The notes under the pieces were generated by a model that saw only the letters and a list, made by a program, of their open reading frames with translations, searched no databases and was not told the DNA's origin. A DNA stretch of 64,000 bases from Octopus sinensis (Eukaryota): the NCBI RefSeq assembly GCF_006345805.1, contig NC_043002.1, positions 59,644,001 to 59,708,000 on the forward strand, given 5' to 3'. The translations under genes and the position numbers were made by a program. Shown piece by piece: positions 10,265 through 22,990 of the stretch (position 1 is the stretch's first letter; every line of letters starts with the position of its first letter).

Positions 10265-11029
10265 AACAACAAACAAGATGAGGACAAATATCCGTCAAAT
10301 GTGAATAATGTAAATAATTCCCCATCTCTTAAATATAGAACTGTAATAAACGTGTGTAGAACGAATATATAGCGCGTGGGTTTATATGACAAAAAAAAAT
10401 AGAAACAGCAAAAAAAAACAAAGAAAGATGACCATCCCGAAATGGCATAATACCTGTTTCAACACGCTGTTTCGCATCAGGAATCGTGTAACACAAATTC
10501 ATGAACATACACACGCACAAACACATACACACACACACACACACACACAAATAAACACAAACACAAAGACGCACACGCATATACATACATATATCAATTT
10601 GAGCGTATCTCAATGATCGTGGTTACGACCGAGCAGTAAACCATCTTGTGTTTCGCTAACAGGATTCTCTGGAGGAATGCTGAAGAAATATTCTCAATCT
10701 ATCATCCAATCAGTAAAGCAATCAGCACAATCCTAACTTGTTAAATGATATTAGGTACACTGCAAATCCAATTTCCGTAACAACATTTGCTGCACGCGTC
10801 ACACAGTGTAAAAATATAATTAATGAAGATTGAAGAGAATGAATATTTATTCATTTTCCTTTGTTATATTTATGTATTCATTAATTGATCTTAAGAATCT
10901 CTGTATATTTAAGCATATTTCATTGGTCGTGTTTCTATACTAAATAAAAGTAGTGGATTTTTTTTACCAAAAGGTAGGTTAGTTCTTAATTCATCACGGT
11001 AAGCAGATGAGCGAGAGACATATTCTTAC

Positions 11030-11089
11030 CTGGATTTAAAATGGACTTCTTAAAAGTACTCTTGCCCTTATTCTCCTCATCCATATTAA
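11030..11089 (-). CDS. Candidate internal exon (60 nt, phase 1-1): [19 protein letters not shown]
   Basis: ctgtcactctaaag|TTAATATGGATGAG...AATCCAG|gtaagaat; consensus donor, protein-like translation, non-repetitive. Confidence 0.35.
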
Positions 11090-11254
11090 CTTTAGAGTGA
11101 CAGACATGCATATATACATATTCACACATACATACGTGCATTCATATATGCATATACATACATACAAACATATATATACATATATATATATATATTATAT
11201 ATATATATATGTATGTATGCGTATGAATATATATAATATGAGTATGTATATATA

Positions 11255-11351
<97 letters not shown>

Positions 11352-12458
11352 GCACACAGAGATATAGACATACGCACGCACATCTATATATAATGTTGCA
11401 GTGAATTTAGAACTTTTAGAATTTATGTGTTAATGGTTTAATATTGTTCCCTCGACAATCGCATTCTGAGTTAATTAGGCAATGATTAGCCTAATTTTGA
11501 AAACGTTGTCGTCTATTAATTGAATAAATTGTGTGAAGTCTACTTTGGGAAACTACATTGGCAAAACAATATCGTTGCCTGTTAGGTTGTGCTTCAAATT
11601 CTAATCCTTCATAAGCCAGGTTTTGCAAATCGACCGAGTTCCTTTAGACGAATATTATACGTATATTAGTGTAGTCATGTTTAACACGTTCGATTGTTCT
11701 CGGCCTTGATAAGACCTGACGCTGTAGGAATAGCTTGAGGAGAAACTTCTCCAGTTACACTTGCGTCAATAAGTATTTTCTTTTTGTCTATTAGTGATGT
11801 CACGTGATCGTACGACACATATGTTTCTGCGCCGTTCCGCTTTGTCCGATACAAAATTAAATCAGTTACCCACAGTTCGGCAAATCTTTGGATAAAAATG
11901 GAAGTTCAGAAGATTAGCGAACAATCATCACTGATTTTATTTTGCAGTGTAAGATGATTCATACAAGTATAAAATAAGCGTAAAGGTTACGTGTTCTTAC
12001 CAATGATCTGTAAGCGAGTTTCAAGAAACGGTGGTGATTGAGAAGGTACTCCGTAGCTTAAATATTATTTTCACTATGAATTCCAATTGAATCGGAATCT
12101 ACACGAACAGAAATATATTTGTTTTTTTCACGAAATGAATTTTAAAAATTCTTTGTGTTCTTTATTGTTTATCATTAAAATTTATTTGTTCAGCAATAAG
12201 ACATTTGTTAAAATATTTCAACTAAAATCTAAAAGATAATCACATTACCTTATAATTGATGTTATAATAGGGGCGTGACAAGCAGAGAAGAGGGGAGAAG
12301 GGCAAGAAGAACAATACCTTCTTTCGCCCTTCTTTTACGAACACACATACACATACACACGCATGCACACATATATATTATCAATTTTTATAATTTCGTT
12401 TTTTCAATAGAAAAAAAAATATAGGACTGCAAGTAGAAATGCTCAAGTATTCCTTTTG

Positions 12459-12513
<55 letters not shown>

Positions 12514-13401
12514 AAGAGAGAGAGAGAGTTGATTTTAACACACCACGTAACAATACATTTGTAGTTTGAGAATATGTATTCGAGATTTCTCTATGAAGAG
12601 TAACATAGTATATCTTCTTCTAATTAAAGTAAATCGTGGTTGAGGAAGGAAAGGTGATCTGGTATCTAGTTTGTTGGAGGACTTGTTGAACAATGAACAA
12701 TATTTACTATTCAACAGTCAAACTGAAAAATATATATGTGTATATACATTCATTGTGACATTTACGCAAACAGACGTCCAGTTTTGAAAATAAATCCTAA
12801 GACAAGGCAAATTATTCTCATGAAAACTGTATATAAGACAAATCAGAATTACAAAAAAATTGACTGGGTTCGAGAGTAAACCAGAGGAAAAAGGAAAAAC
12901 GAATTTCATGGCCTCTGCGGAAGCAAAAGTTGATTGTCAATGGAAAATTATAGAGAATCTCCATGAAAGTCAGATTAAGTTCGGATTTGTGGGATAAATA
13001 TATGTGCTCCCTTCGACTGGATATAAATCTCTTATTAATAATCCAAGAATTCTTTGCATAGAATCAGCAGCATAAGTACGCATAAAACACATTTCTCTCC
13101 TTCAGAATGACATTTTGTCCTTTGCAATCGTACATTTTCTTTGACAGGTCAAACCGATTCATGGATAACAATGCAAGGTAACCGCTATATTGCATCTGTG
13201 TTTGTTAAGAATGGAAACACGGAATCGACATTATAATTATAACATATCATTCGTAGTCACTTGGTTTGATATTTTCGGAAATATCAGACTTGAGATTGAG
13301 CGAATATTTTCAATCGAGGCTACAAAAATATTCATGTTCACCACAAGCTGTTAGCATCCTACTCTTCACATATAAATACCGATGATAAAAATATGTGATA
13401 G

Positions 13402-13490
<89 letters not shown>

Positions 13491-13518
13491 GTCAACTTGT
13501 CTGTCCCCCTCTATATGC

Positions 13519-13552
<34 letters not shown>

Positions 13553-13789
13553 ATGTATATATATATATATATGTATATGTATATGTATACATGCGTTCAT
13601 ATATGTATATGTATATATACATTTATATATGTATGTGTGTGTGTGTCTGAGTGTATATGTGCCATTGTTCAGTTTATTTCAAGAGTCGCGTTTAGTGTGT
13701 TAGTTTGTGTTTTGTAAATATTTGTGTGTTTGTGTCTGTGTTTGTTCCTGTACCATCGCGTGACAACTGATGTTCCACACCCTCCTGAA

Positions 13790-14170
13790 CAAGATAAACC
13801 GTGAACTTTATTCTCCTGTCTTTATTCTTCTATCTATCATTTTATTCTTTTATACACTGTGAATTCTCTGTCTGGAACTTTCCTGCTTAATATGTTACAG
13901 CGTGTTACATATCTCAGAACCCCAATAACTACAGGTATAAACCTGAACTTGCAATCTGAATGGTGTAACTACAGAATACTCAATAGTTCAGCGTAGGTAT
14001 TCTCTTTTCCACTGATCATCAGCTTTATGTTAACATGCGCTGGGCAGCTTATTTCCCCAACTGTGCACAGTTTCTGTTCTCTATCTCAAATCATTATATC
14101 AGGTCTGTTGTGCTTACATTTGATTGGGGTCTTCATTGGAACATTCCGCCAGTACTCTTTTTTACAATGA
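13790..14170 (-). mobile_element. R4/Dong-type LINE 3' fragment (restriction-like endonuclease domain)
   Basis: KKEYWRNVPMKTPIKCKHNRPDIMI*DREQKLCTVGEISCPAHVNIK...ENTYAELL...CKFRFIPVVIG: PD-(D/E)xK RLE signature, with stops. Confidence 0.8.
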
Positions 14171-14938
14171 ATGGCTATGGCTTCTTCCACACTGTGGGTT
14201 TATGTATGTATGTATGTATGTATGTATGTATGTATGTATGTATGTATGTATGTATGTATGTATGTATGCATGTATATACGCATTACACTAGAATTTCTCG
14301 ACGTCTGTATGACATATATGACATTAGTGTCATTTGCTACTTATATGGCATCCGTAGAAACATATGCGCTTGCCAATCCTCCATTCTATACGGAGATGAT
14401 GGTGTAGCAGCGTCACTCTATTACGATAGCCATACGTTAAACTTTTTCTGAAGACCATTAAAACCTTTTATCAATATCGGCTTCAATATTCTACTGTACA
14501 GCCTAGGATCTCCAATCCACCCCTTTCTAAATTTATAATTCACGATTCCTACTAGATTTCTCCTAAATAATGTTTCTAAGATCAGATCTAGACCCCACAT
14601 ACGCAGACCAAAGTTTTACAGAATATACGCAAGAAAGTGATCTGATTCCCTGTTCACTTAAACTTTAAAAATTAACAGCAGGTAGGAAACCGATGGTCCG
14701 TCTGGCCAAAACTCTCCCGTCACAACACTGCAGTAATTGGAATATTCAACCGACAAGTGGTGAAAGAATGGTATGTCTATTTCCCTAACATGAAATCATT
14801 TATAGCAGCTTAAAAACAAGTGAATTATACACCGAGTACGTATATGTACATCGAAGGCCGAATGTTTTTAGAGCTCTTAGAAGAACACGTTTTCTTTTGT
14901 ACATGCAGTAGAAGTCACCCAAACGACGCTGAATTAAA

Positions 14939-15460
14939 TCTCTTATTATAAAAGGCAGATTTTATCTGCCTCCCTTTGGGAGTTATACAAATCTACAATA
15001 TAGGATTTCTTCAATTACAATTTACCTGGCATTTTTAAGAGTAGAATGCATCGCGTCATGCCAGGTCCAGTTTTTAAAATTTAAACTCCAATTAAGCAAA
15101 ATTTACAGAAAACTCACATTCTGGTGTGTGTGTCAAATGCTTTTCTTAGTCTGGTTTACACCACACGCAAACGCACACACACAGTCTGCAACGAATAAAA
15201 TGAAAGTAAATAGCGACAGAGTGATTTGAGGAAGACTAAACTGAAAGTATTTAAACCACTACTCAAAAAATAAAAAAACACAGCAAACAGAAACAAATAA
15301 ATACATAACCATTTACTCCTCACACAATTTATTCAATTAGAATTTACCTAAGATTTTTCAGAGTACTTCAGTGGGTGATGCCATAAAAAAATTCTTTCAA
15401 TTTTAACACCAATTAAGACAAAATTCGAGAAAACTCAATATTTTAACATATCACTCCGAA
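14939..15460 (+). mobile_element. Probable non-autonomous Helitron 5' portion
   Basis: Begins A|TCtcttattataaaaggcagattttatctgcc (TC start, ggcagat/atctgcc hairpin), comparable to the start of the 16091 element; no CTAG 3' end found. Confidence 0.45.
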
Positions 15461-16090
15461 AGCATTGATGTACATGTGTGCGTGCGTGAGTATGTGTGTG
15501 TCATTCCTCACACACACGCATACACATACATATACAACTACATACAACTACATACAAACACGTGTGTGTTTGTTATTAGTAAAAAAGGCGCCAAAACTCA
15601 ACTCACTTATCATTCCAACACATTTGCAAAGACACACGGACGGACAGAAAAGGTAAATTGGTTTTTATTTTACTCTGTATATATTTTATTATATAATATT
15701 ATATATAGATATATGTATATATAATTGCAGTATGAAACAGTGTTTATGTATAAACAGACGACACTTATATATAGTTACCAAGCCGCCCGAATTTACCTAT
15801 TCATATTTAAATGAGAATATCAGAGCAAATCTCTTTAGTACATTCGTGAAAACACGTATTATACTTCGTAAACACTTCAACTACAGTTTTGTACAAAAAT
15901 CGAAGTGTAATTTTTATTCCGTGAATTATGGGAGATTTTTTTCCGAAATTTGTTCCTATTGTGTTTTCAAAATTTGTAATTCTGACAAAAAAGGGATACG
16001 AATTTCATTATATCAAGCAGCGAGTCAGAATTCGAAGGATTTTCTACTGAAGACCTTCATAAATCTAACTCTATGACTGAAAAAAAAGCA

Positions 16091-16464
16091 TCTTTATATA
16101 AGAGTGAAGTTGTGTGTCTGTCTCCTACGATTTAGATTCCTAACTACTCCCACATTTTGCGGTGCAGTTTAACCAAAAGCGGGTATCTTATAGTCGTGAT
16201 TCATATCGAGCCCTTCTGGGTATTAGCGTGCGTCTACGATGAGTCTACGATTTAAAAAAATTTACCATCATATTTTTCCATTTTAATGCATTTTTTTCGC
16301 TTTTATATAAGGGAAGTAACTCTCTAAAAATATCTACGATGTGTCAACGATTTAAAAAACATTTTTTAATGCATTTTTTTGCTATTTTTTGGCTATAACT
16401 CTCTAAAAATGCTTATATAGTTATTTCCCTTACAAACCCGAGCAACGCCGGGCGATATTGCTAG
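16091..16464 (+). mobile_element. Non-autonomous Helitron, both termini intact
   Basis: A|TCtttatataa (16091) ... cccgagcaacgccggg hairpin (16437-16452) ... CTAG|T (16461-16464); inserted in an AT dinucleotide with no TSD. Confidence 0.85.
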
Positions 16465-16952
16465 TAGTGGGATAAACGTTGTGTCAGTATGACATGGGAG
16501 CGACTAAAAAAACTAGTTTTATTTCTACATCTTTTGTCTTCTGTCGGCAGTGGTAAGTCATATATGGTCTGCGACAGCCAACGGGCTGAAATATAATATC
16601 AAAGGGAGGTTGTTGCAGAAGTGAAAAGTTTTTATTAATGGAACCGAGAACAGTAGATTTTGTATAAATGAAACCCCGGAGGTCCAGCTTCATTTCCAAA
16701 AATGAAATCTTAACAAATTGTCCTATCATGGACACGTACAGCACAGCAAACTGCTGCTGCTGCTGTTGCTGCTGCTATTACCGTTGTTGTTGTTGTTGTT
16801 TTTCTTCTTCTTCTTCTTTTTTCTTCTTCTTCTTCTTCTTCTTCTTCTTCTTCTTCTTCTTCTTCTTCTTCTTCTTCTTTATACAGAATATATATATATT
16901 ATATATATATATGTGCTTCCACATACATGAATATATGTGTATATATGTGTTT

Positions 16953-16984
<32 letters not shown>

Positions 16985-17311
16985 GCGTGCTTGTGTATGC
17001 GTGTGCATTTGTGTGCTTCCGTGTTTGTTTGTGACTTAGTGCATTCGATTGTGTGCGTGTAGCGTGTCGGTTAAATTAAGATCTTCTACGTATACATACA
17101 CACATTCCTACATACATACATACCATACATACATACATACATACATACATACATACATACATGCAGACAGAGAGACAGACATACATACATGCAGCTAAAC
17201 ATAAAAGCAATACTTTGAGAAGGTGGCAATCTAATAAACTGTTAATTTCTTTTCTAAAGATAGATTACCCATTGAATTAATCACAATAGCAAAAACTATA
17301 ACTCTAAATTC

Positions 17312-17347
<36 letters not shown>

Positions 17348-17761
17348 TGCACAGACGCTCACACACACATACACACACACACACACATTCACGCAGGTAG
17401 GTAGGTACGCAGGCACACGTAACACATTTCGTTCACTAACTGATAACAGTCAGTAAATGCTAAAATATTTCGTGAATGCTGAAAGTCGAGGCCAACGATC
17501 AAACCATTTTCAATTCTGTAATATCCAGCGGCGTAGCAAGATATAAATGTGTTCCCATTTATTTCTTGTCTGAAACGAAGACGGTTTTAACACGAACTGC
17601 CACTCAAAGTATTTTATCCAAAAGATAAAGCTGGCTGTGGTTTGAAACATCGATGGACCTTAGAACTTTATTGATCCAAATGAAACATAAAGGACCAGTA
17701 AGAAAATATGGGAGATCGTTTTTATAAATAACGATCAAGCTGGACTATATATATGTATGTG

Positions 17762-17853
<92 letters not shown>

Positions 17854-18083
17854 TATATATATATATATATATATGTGAAATAGAAAGATGAATAATCTTG
17901 TAGTAGATTAATCAACAGTTTAACCGATACCTTAGTAGCAAAAATCACAGCAGTAAACAGCACGGTTGGAGGTACAACCATCTGGCGTTGCAACCGTGCG
18001 TTGGTGCGGATAATTGAAATTAAAACATTATTGGTGAATTGAAGAAATGGAGCTGAACGCAGATTGAACAGAAATCGTTTTAT

Positions 18084-18170
18084 TTCATTCTACACGTGTT
18101 TCGAAAGGCACAAATTACCAAAATCCGATTGAATAATGGGACCATATTGTGTCTTTCTCTTCAGGAAGAA
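18084..18170 (-). ncRNA. Type-I hammerhead ribozyme with fully canonical core (family E)
   Basis: UUCUUC-CUGAAGA-GAAAGACACAA(33 nt)UUGUGCCUUUC-GAA-ACACGUGU-A/GAAUGAA: 10/11-bp stem II closed by G-C, palindromic stem III, GUA site, stem I 6 bp with one bulge. Confidence 0.8.
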
Positions 18171-18231
18171 AAAAGAAATCCGTTGGAAAAACAAAAACAG
18201 AACAGAGGCGGAGCAAAAAACAAATCGAACT

Positions 18232-18256
18232 GTGCTCCTAAGAGCCCATGGCGAAA

Positions 18257-18258
<2 letters not shown>
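18232..18258 (+). ncRNA. Degenerate hammerhead remnant
   Basis: CU(-)AAGA-GCC(CAU)GGC-GAAAC-UC: one base short of CUGAAGA; truncated by (TC)n. Confidence 0.4.
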
Positions 18259-18295
<37 letters not shown>

Positions 18296-18518
18296 ATATA
18301 TTTTTATATATATTATATATATATAATATATATATAATATATATAATATAAATATATAATATATATATATGTGTGTGTGTGTATATAACTATATATTTAT
18401 ATGTGTGTGTGTGTGTGTCCAAAAGAAATATGTACGTGCGTACATACATACATACATACACACACACATATATATATATATGTATGTATAGTCACACACA
18501 CAAACAGTTATATACACG

Positions 18519-18558
<40 letters not shown>

Positions 18559-18694
18559 CGCACATATCTTTATAGACTCGCTTAGATGCGAATTTATTCC
18601 GTATCCTTATACGCATTCACATAGAAACTTATTCAAACAAACACACCTGCACCTTACACTAAGCATGCATTGTGATTGATCTATCGTCACATAC

Positions 18695-18830
18695 GACTGC
18701 CGTTTCTCTTTGCTGACACTTTGTTAGTGGCATGTCTGCCTTTCCGTCCATGACCTCTAGGATGGCTGTTCAATGCCGCCGCCTTGTAATAATGCACTTC
18801 AATGTAGTTTAGTCTGAACATCTCTAAACT
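18695..18830 (-). CDS. Candidate internal exon (136 nt, phase 0-1)
   Basis: ctatgcttctggaag|AGTTTAGAG...GGCAGTC|gtatgt; SLEMFRLNYIEVHYYKAAALNSHPRGHGRKGRHATNKVSAKRNGS; GC-richer than the flanks. Confidence 0.25.
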
Positions 18831-18994
18831 CTTCCAGAAGCATAGAACTACACATACATAAAAAACATACATACATACATACATACATACATACATACAT
18901 ACATACATGCATGCATGCATACATACATACATACAAACATACATACATGCATACATACATACATGCATGCATGCATACATACACACATACATAC

Positions 18995-19090
18995 CCTGTT
19001 GTTGATGTTGAAATTCCAATGAAGGAGACTTGGATCTCGGTTAGAAACCGGCCCTTTCTCTGTTGACAAGAAATCTTGAAATAAAACTGA
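18995..19090 (-). repeat. Short dispersed repeat (second copy 38755-38835, + strand)
   Basis: caagatttcttg..a.agagaaag..ccggtttctaacc.agat...tccttca...aatttca.ca.caacagg is shared between the loci. Confidence 0.7.
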
Positions 19091-19889
19091 ATAATGACAT
19101 GCATGCATGTATGTTGTCGCTGTGATTAAAGCTAGATTTAGAAAGGGATATTCCAGCCCATTTTCTAAAGTATGGAAGTGATAACTGCCTGCTTTCAATA
19201 AAACCATATCCAACAAAGGCTCCTAATGCTGGTGCTGGTATCAATATTTAGGATATTAGACTTAAGATTCGAAGAAATCTGCAATGTAGACAACAGAATT
19301 AGAAAGATATTAACAATGTCTAGTAACTTGCGACTGTGACAAAATCTATGTTAAACGGAGCAGTAGAGGCAGGCGCATAAGATCAGTCCTGACAACCCTC
19401 TATTTTTACGCTTAGACAACACTTCCTGAGTGTTACATTACTTATATACACAGCAGCGATGTCGGTTCTTCAAGCACTCTTTAGGCAAAGAACAGCGGTA
19501 CAAATCATCTGAGTGCGCGGCTGATCCACATAAATAAAGATTTTGAGGAAAAATACTGACCATAGCAGCCGAAAGTCATGTATGGTAGGTACCCTTCACA
19601 AACCTGGAAGTAGACCTGTGAGGGATACCTACCATACATGTGGTAAACTGTGTTGTAAAAATCTTTAACTAGAATGCTACGCGTTTTCTATTCAAGAATA
19701 AAAGACAGATACTAAATACCTGTTCAGTAAAAGAGATGAGGCAAGGGGAAGCGCATGCTGCTCCGAGATTTGGAACTTCGCATGTAGGCAGATATATTGT
19801 ATATTTTTCTGCCTTCTCACGTATGAGGTGTTCCGTCATTTTAGAGTGCATTTCATCCCACATTTACCCAGTCAACAGACAAATTTTCA

Positions 19890-20235
19890 CAGTGGCGTGA
19901 TATATTCTTTTCTACTCTTGACACAAGGCTCGAAATTTTTGGGGAGGGGCCTTGTAGATTAGATCGACCCCAGTACCCAACTCGTACTTAATTTCTCGGT
20001 AACGAATGGATTAAAGGTAAGATCTACTTCGGTGGAATTTGAACTCAGAACGAGTGACGTGATATATTATTTTCTACTCCAGGTACAAGCCTCGAAATTT
20101 TGGAGTGTGGGGGGGGGCAGTCGATTAGATCAACTCCAGTACGCAACTGGTACTTAATTTATCGACTCCGAAAGGATGAAAAGCAAAGTCGACCTCGGTG
20201 GAATTTGAACTCAGAACCAGTGGCGTGAAATATTC
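19890..20235 (-). mobile_element. Tandem duplication (~165-bp unit) of a SINE family C 3' part plus flank
   Basis: gtggcgtgatatatt...ttctactc...gattagatc.ac.ccagtac.caact.gtacttaattt...ggtggaatttgaactcagaac occurs twice, followed by a third gtggcgtga start. Confidence 0.85.
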
Positions 20236-20249
20236 TGTTTCTTTACTTC

Positions 20250-20340
20250 TGGAGGCGCGTGGGTTACTGGTTAGAGTATTCGCCTCACGAACGTAAGTGT
20301 AGGAGTTCGATTCCCCACGGGCGCATTGTATCCTTAACTG
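20250..20340 (+). mobile_element. SINE family B head fragment
   Basis: ggaggcgcgtgggttactggttagagtattcgcctcacg...ggagttcgattcccc (A and B boxes). Confidence 0.7.
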
Positions 20341-20784
20341 GTAAATATTTTAAAATAATATTTTTTAGCTTTGCTAGGTGACTTAGGAGTTAAATACAAT
20401 ATAGTATTTAAATTTTCTTCATAACTGGGGATCGCTGTAAAAAAGCATATTTATCCTATTCTATTGCAATAATAAACATTTTAGTTTTTTTTAACCATAG
20501 TATCAAATGCGAATGTGTATGAAATATCAATGAATGATATAGAGGAGAAATGCAAAAACAAACAACAACAAAAAAAGAACATTTTCAGAACAGTCAATAT
20601 TTTTTATATTTCAAACATTTCGATTTATGACACAAAATGTCCTCTAGAATTAACCAGGGCTAATAATGACAAACTTTAACTATAAAATCTTGTTAAAGAA
20701 ATCTCTGTAAATACAATGTACATAAGCAATTCACTTTAAATACAACGAATAACTGGCAGTGAGACTGTTTTAGTAGATCCCCAA

Positions 20785-20995
20785 AAGGGGCTCATGGCAA
20801 GCAATGGGTTAAGCAAGGCTGTTTACTTCACGTTGCTCCAGTCCACTCAGCTGGCAAAAATGAGTTCTGTTTGTAACTCAAAGGACCAGCTTTGTCACAT
20901 TGTGTCACGATGAGAACCACTTTGAGGGCACGTTAATTTCACGTGCAGGCTGTTCCGTTGATCGGATCGCCTGAAACAATTGTAATCGCATCCGA
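20785..20995 (+). mobile_element. SINE family B body (internally deleted)
   Basis: cacgttgctccagtccactcagctggcaaaaatgag...gcacgttaatttcacg...ctgttccgttgatcggatc. Confidence 0.85.
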
Positions 20996-21217
20996 TGGAA
21001 TTGCAAGTTTCTGTACCTAAAAGTACAATTGCATCACTGCATCCAACACTGCCTGGAAGGGCTTCCTCAGATATTATTGCTTTAATGTAAAATTATACCG
21101 ACGAACTAATAATGCCTCAGAACCACAATATAAACCTAGAGATCATAAACACAAACGCGACGTACGTATGTACCTTTGTGCAACTGAGTAACGGTTTATT
21201 AAACCCGTAAACTGATT

Positions 21218-21581
21218 CAGTTCTATATTTAAGAGATAAGAAATTATTTACACTATTTATATTATTTACATTTGATGGATATTTGTCCTCATCTTGTTTG
21301 TTGTTAACAAAACGTTTGGGCTGATACACCCGCTAGACTTCATCACGTGTCTTGGGGAAATTTAGAACTTGGGCGTCTCATTCCTAAAGTATGACAGCTA
21401 TCATCATTAGGTATCATATTTTCCTAGCAGGCCGCATATCATATATCCCAGTTTGCTTCTTTTCTTATGAATGGAAACCCAAGTTCGAAATTTCCCCAAG
21501 ACACCTGGGAAAGGCTGGAGGGTATATCAGCCGAAACGTATTAACAACAAACAAGATGAGGACAAATATGTAAATAGTGTA
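21218..21581 (-). mobile_element. Second TSD-flanked inverted double-HHR element (family A-HHR, decayed cores)
   Basis: Arms 21218-21392 (-) and 21474-21581 (+); 13-bp direct repeat ccgtaaactgatt at 21205-21217 and 21582-21594. HHR motifs at 21306-21352 (GUGAUGA...CAAAC) and 21499-21545 (CUGGGAA...GAAAC). Confidence 0.85.
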
Positions 21582-22169
21582 CCGTAAACTGATTGTTTAA
21601 AGGTGATTCAAAGCTAGTATTAATGCACTGAATGCGCATTCCTTCCCTTTACACACATAAACATGTGCATATACCTTTATGAATAGGGGAAATACGTAGC
21701 CCTCTACGTGAAATGTGATGTATAGGAGAGGGCATTGCTTTCAATGTCATGGTTGTTCTCTAGTTTACGGGCTGTGTCGCCATGGTTAACACCATGGTTC
21801 TCCGCCATGTTTCTATTTGAACAGGTCTGTCCAGATACCCTCAGCTCTATATGCCTGACGCATATAATAGAAATTACACACCCACATACGATACACATGT
21901 AGAAATAAATAATTAAAACTATTCTGCAAGTAAAATAACAGCCATACCAACTTAACATACACACACACACACACACACAAAGACACACACACATACATAT
22001 ACATATATATATATGACGAAAGTATAAAGATTTATATTTTGTTATTTATCTATATATACATACATACACACACACACACACGCCGCACACCACACACACA
22101 TATATATACAGGCATATATATATGTATATATATATAAATATATATATATATATGTATGTATATATATAG

Positions 22170-22210
<41 letters not shown>

Positions 22211-22990
22211 CCAGGAGGTTTATTATATGGTCGGTACTAGAATGATCTATGGTTTTGGATCCATAAAGTGCTTAGCCTTATAGACGCCTTTGTCAGACTA
22301 CAATGGCCGCGGGTTTATATCTTATAGAGTTTACTTCGATCTGGTTACATGATTCCCTGACGATATATAAATATATATATGTGTGTGTGTGTGTGTGAGT
22401 GATTATAATGAAGGTTTCTGTTTTCCATTTTTTTCCTGTCTGCAGCGACTATAAGCAGACACGTCGCTATCATACCAAATAATGGCAAACGAGACGGAAA
22501 CAAAATTTGAAAAATGTAGCAATATTTTAAATATAAGCACAATTTATAAAGTCAACATAAATTTGCCTCGAGTACTTTATTATCTCGCTGACCTGATTAG
22601 TTATTTTATCTTACACTTTCCGCCGTATACACAGTGTATATATAACAGTTTCTTTCACACTTTCGAAAGTCTTGATTGAATTAACAGTCTCATCAGTGAG
22701 ACGAAATAACATTTAATCAGAAAATATTTAATTATTCAAGACGCTTCTTTTAGTTGGTAGATTCCATTAATTACAAAGCAGCAACATTTCTTAAAATTTC
22801 GGAATACTTCACGGAAAGTTCTACGTCAAAATAACGTTTAACGACTGTGAAATAATGATATAATTTTCACACTATGCACAAACGTTGTCAGATAAATTCG
22901 TTCGTTTTTCTTTTCCCCCAATTTTATTTTAATAGTAAAGCTTATATACCAACATAATGCGGCAAACTTATAAAGGACGATGCTACTACT

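Larger units (their letters stand above)
9866..10343 (+). mobile_element. TSD-flanked element: inverted HHR tail + tRNA-like head + (AAT)n + HHR tail (family A-HHR)
   Basis: Arms 9866-10020 and 10172-10318 are inverted copies; direct repeat agaac(a/t)gtaataaacg at 9850-9865 and 10337-10352. Confidence 0.85.
17876..18258. mobile_element. HHR-bearing module inserted in a (TA)n array
   Basis: Complex sequence flanked by (TA)n on the left and (TC)n(TA)n on the right. Contains a minus-strand canonical HHR, a plus-strand degenerate HHR and a 9-bp gcacggttg/caaccgtgc stem (17959-17999). Confidence 0.6.

Noticed and set aside
10456-10485. Collapsed CUGAUG-C-GAAACAG motif on - (similar 15-mer at ~41800)
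   Set aside because: Stem II is absent, and a 14/15-nt match between two sites is expected by chance in 64 kb.
22685-22710. gtctc-atcagt-gagac-gaaa hairpin / CUGAUGA on -
   Set aside because: Core and GAAA lie on opposite strands; no complete motif.
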